Part shown: one piece after another, positions 4,062-4,961 of the stretch
Layout of the letters: every line of letters starts with the position of its first letter
Position numbering within the stretch: position 1 is the first letter of the stretch
Origin: a virus
Taxonomy: Duplodnaviria; Heunggongvirae; Uroviricota; Caudoviricetes
IMG/VR virus record: IMGVR_UViG_2698536450_000012
Span: 1 to 4,961 of that record
Strand: one strand, 5' to 3'
DNA: 4,961 bases
Position numbers and translations under genes: made by a program
The notes under the pieces: model-generated
Seen by the model: only the letters and a program-made list of their open reading frames with translations
Told to the model about the DNA's origin: nothing
Database searches by the model: none

Positions 4062-4961
4062 ATGGCTAACGCCTGGCTCAGATTATGGCATGACATGCCA
4101 AATGACCCTAAGTGGCGAACAATTGCCAGGGTGTCAGGGCAGCCAATTGCAACAGTGATGGCAGTGTATATCCACCTCCTGGTGAGCGCGTCACGAAATG
4201 TCACGCGAGGTCACATTGATGTCACGACAGAAGATTTGGCAAGTGCGCTCGACGTGACAGAAGAGGTAATTGATTCAATTTTGCAGACGATGCAGGGGCG
4301 GGTACTTGATGGTGATTTAATCACTGGATGGGAAAAACGCCAGGTGCTGAAAGAGGACAACGGCAATATTTCGCAAACCGCAAAATCTCCTGCAGAGCGC
4401 AAGAGGGCGCAGCGAGAGAGGGAAAGAAAGCGGGAACAAAATGGCGATTGTCACGGCGCGTCACGAAATGTCACGCACATGTCACGACGAGTCACGACAG
4501 ATAAAGATACAGATAAAGATACAGATCAAGAAGATCAAAACACTATGGTCCATGGCGTAAAAAACGCCACGAACCAGGCAGGGGATGTTCAGACCGTCAA
4601 TCCTGGTCAGCCAGCAGGCACGACACCGGAAGCCGATTCAGCGTATGCGCTGAAAGCCGATTCGGGCGCTGTGCAGCAGGTGATGACCGCAAGGCCGGAG
4701 CAATCACACCAACTGCAGCAGCCTGAAGCCGATTCCGCCATTCAGCGGGAAGCCGATCGGGTAGTCCCGGAAAGCACCGGGCAGTCTGTGGGACGAGTGG
4801 ATTATCCGGATGTGTTCGAACAGGTCTGGCGGGAATACCCGTTGCGTGCCGGGGCAAACCCGAAGAAATCCGCTTTCAGTGCCTGGAAGGCCAGATTGCG
4901 CGAGGGGGTGCCACCAGAGACCATGCTGGATGGTGTGAGGCGTTACGCGAGATACCTGGCG
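4062..4961 (+). CDS. Phage replication initiation / replisome-organizer-type protein, 3' end outside the window (300 codons open to the edge); YdaU / lambda-O-equivalent position; family assignment unverified
   Basis: ATG at 4062 with an AGAGGTGA Shine-Dalgarno. Translated by hand with no stop to position 4961 (MANAWLRLWHDMPNDPKWRTIARVSGQPIATVMAVYIHLL...). Two iteron clusters lie inside the gene. It is absent from the ORF track because it has no stop. Confidence 0.8.
   Translation, partial: MANAWLRLWHDMPNDPKWRTIARVSGQPIATVMAVYIHLLVSASRNVTRGHIDVTTEDLASALDVTEEVIDSILQTMQGRVLDGDLITGWEKRQVLKEDNGNISQTAKSPAERKRAQRERERKREQNGDCHGASRNVTHMSRRVTTDKDTDKDTDQEDQNTMVHGVKNATNQAGDVQTVNPGQPAGTTPEADSAYALKADSGAVQQVMTARPEQSHQLQQPEADSAIQREADRVVPESTGQSVGRVDYPDVFEQVWREYPLRAGANPKKSAFSAWKARLREGVPPETMLDGVRRYARYLA
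4190..4230. repeat. Iteron cluster 1: four GTCACG/GTCACA repeats at 10-11 bp spacing (4190, 4200, 4210, 4221)
   Basis: Read directly: gtcacgaaat gtcacgcgag gtcacattgat gtcacgacag. The spacing is helically phased. Confidence 0.6.
4450..4541. repeat. Iteron cluster 2: five GTCACG repeats (4450, 4460, 4470, 4481, 4491), then an A-rich tract with a tandem 12-bp repeat CAGATAAAGATA x2 (4498..4521) and two GATC sites (4524, 4533); candidate phage origin of replication
   Basis: Read directly. The 18-mer GCGTCACGAAATGTCACG is shared between the two clusters (4187..4204 and 4457..4474). Iterons followed by an AT-rich segment inside the initiator gene mirror the lambda origin within gene O. Confidence 0.6.

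Noticed and set aside
3938-4857. Three minus-strand ORFs (3938..4204, 4211..4402, 4597..4857)
   Set aside because: All are antisense to the replication gene, whose plus-strand frame is open from 4062 to the window end. They have GTG/TTG starts and odd composition.
1-4961. tRNA, tmRNA, RNase P RNA, CRISPR array, or transposase / IS element
   Set aside because: No T-loop or cloverleaf signature was found, no direct repeats separated by spacers, and no transposase-like ORF or terminal inverted repeats. The only repeat arrays are the iterons and short hairpins described above. The integrase and attachment site are not in this window.

Overview
This window reads as the immunity and early-regulation region of a Rac-like lambdoid prophage of an enterobacterium, called from sequence alone with no database search. 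A helix-turn-helix repressor (2813..3202, minus) is transcribed divergently from a YdaS-like Cro-type regulator, a YdaT-like regulator, and a replication protein that runs off the right edge and carries origin-like iterons inside its coding sequence. Candidate back-to-back promoters sit between repressor and YdaS-like gene, and a TGTTC-N9-GAACA inverted repeat overlaps both the rightward and leftward early promoters. The leftward arm holds a 72-aa ORF, about 870 bp with no convincing ORF, a Rha-family gene, two translationally coupled small ORFs, and the start of a further gene at the left edge. No tRNA, rRNA, CRISPR array or transposase was seen. The best candidates for something undescribed are (1) a promoter-hairpin-terminator unit upstream of rha, which could be a small RNA or an attenuator leader, (2) the noncoding gap with paired hairpins sharing a loop motif, and (3) a small zinc-ribbon protein with an acidic tail that overlaps, antisense and in register, the first ORF downstream of the leftward promoter.
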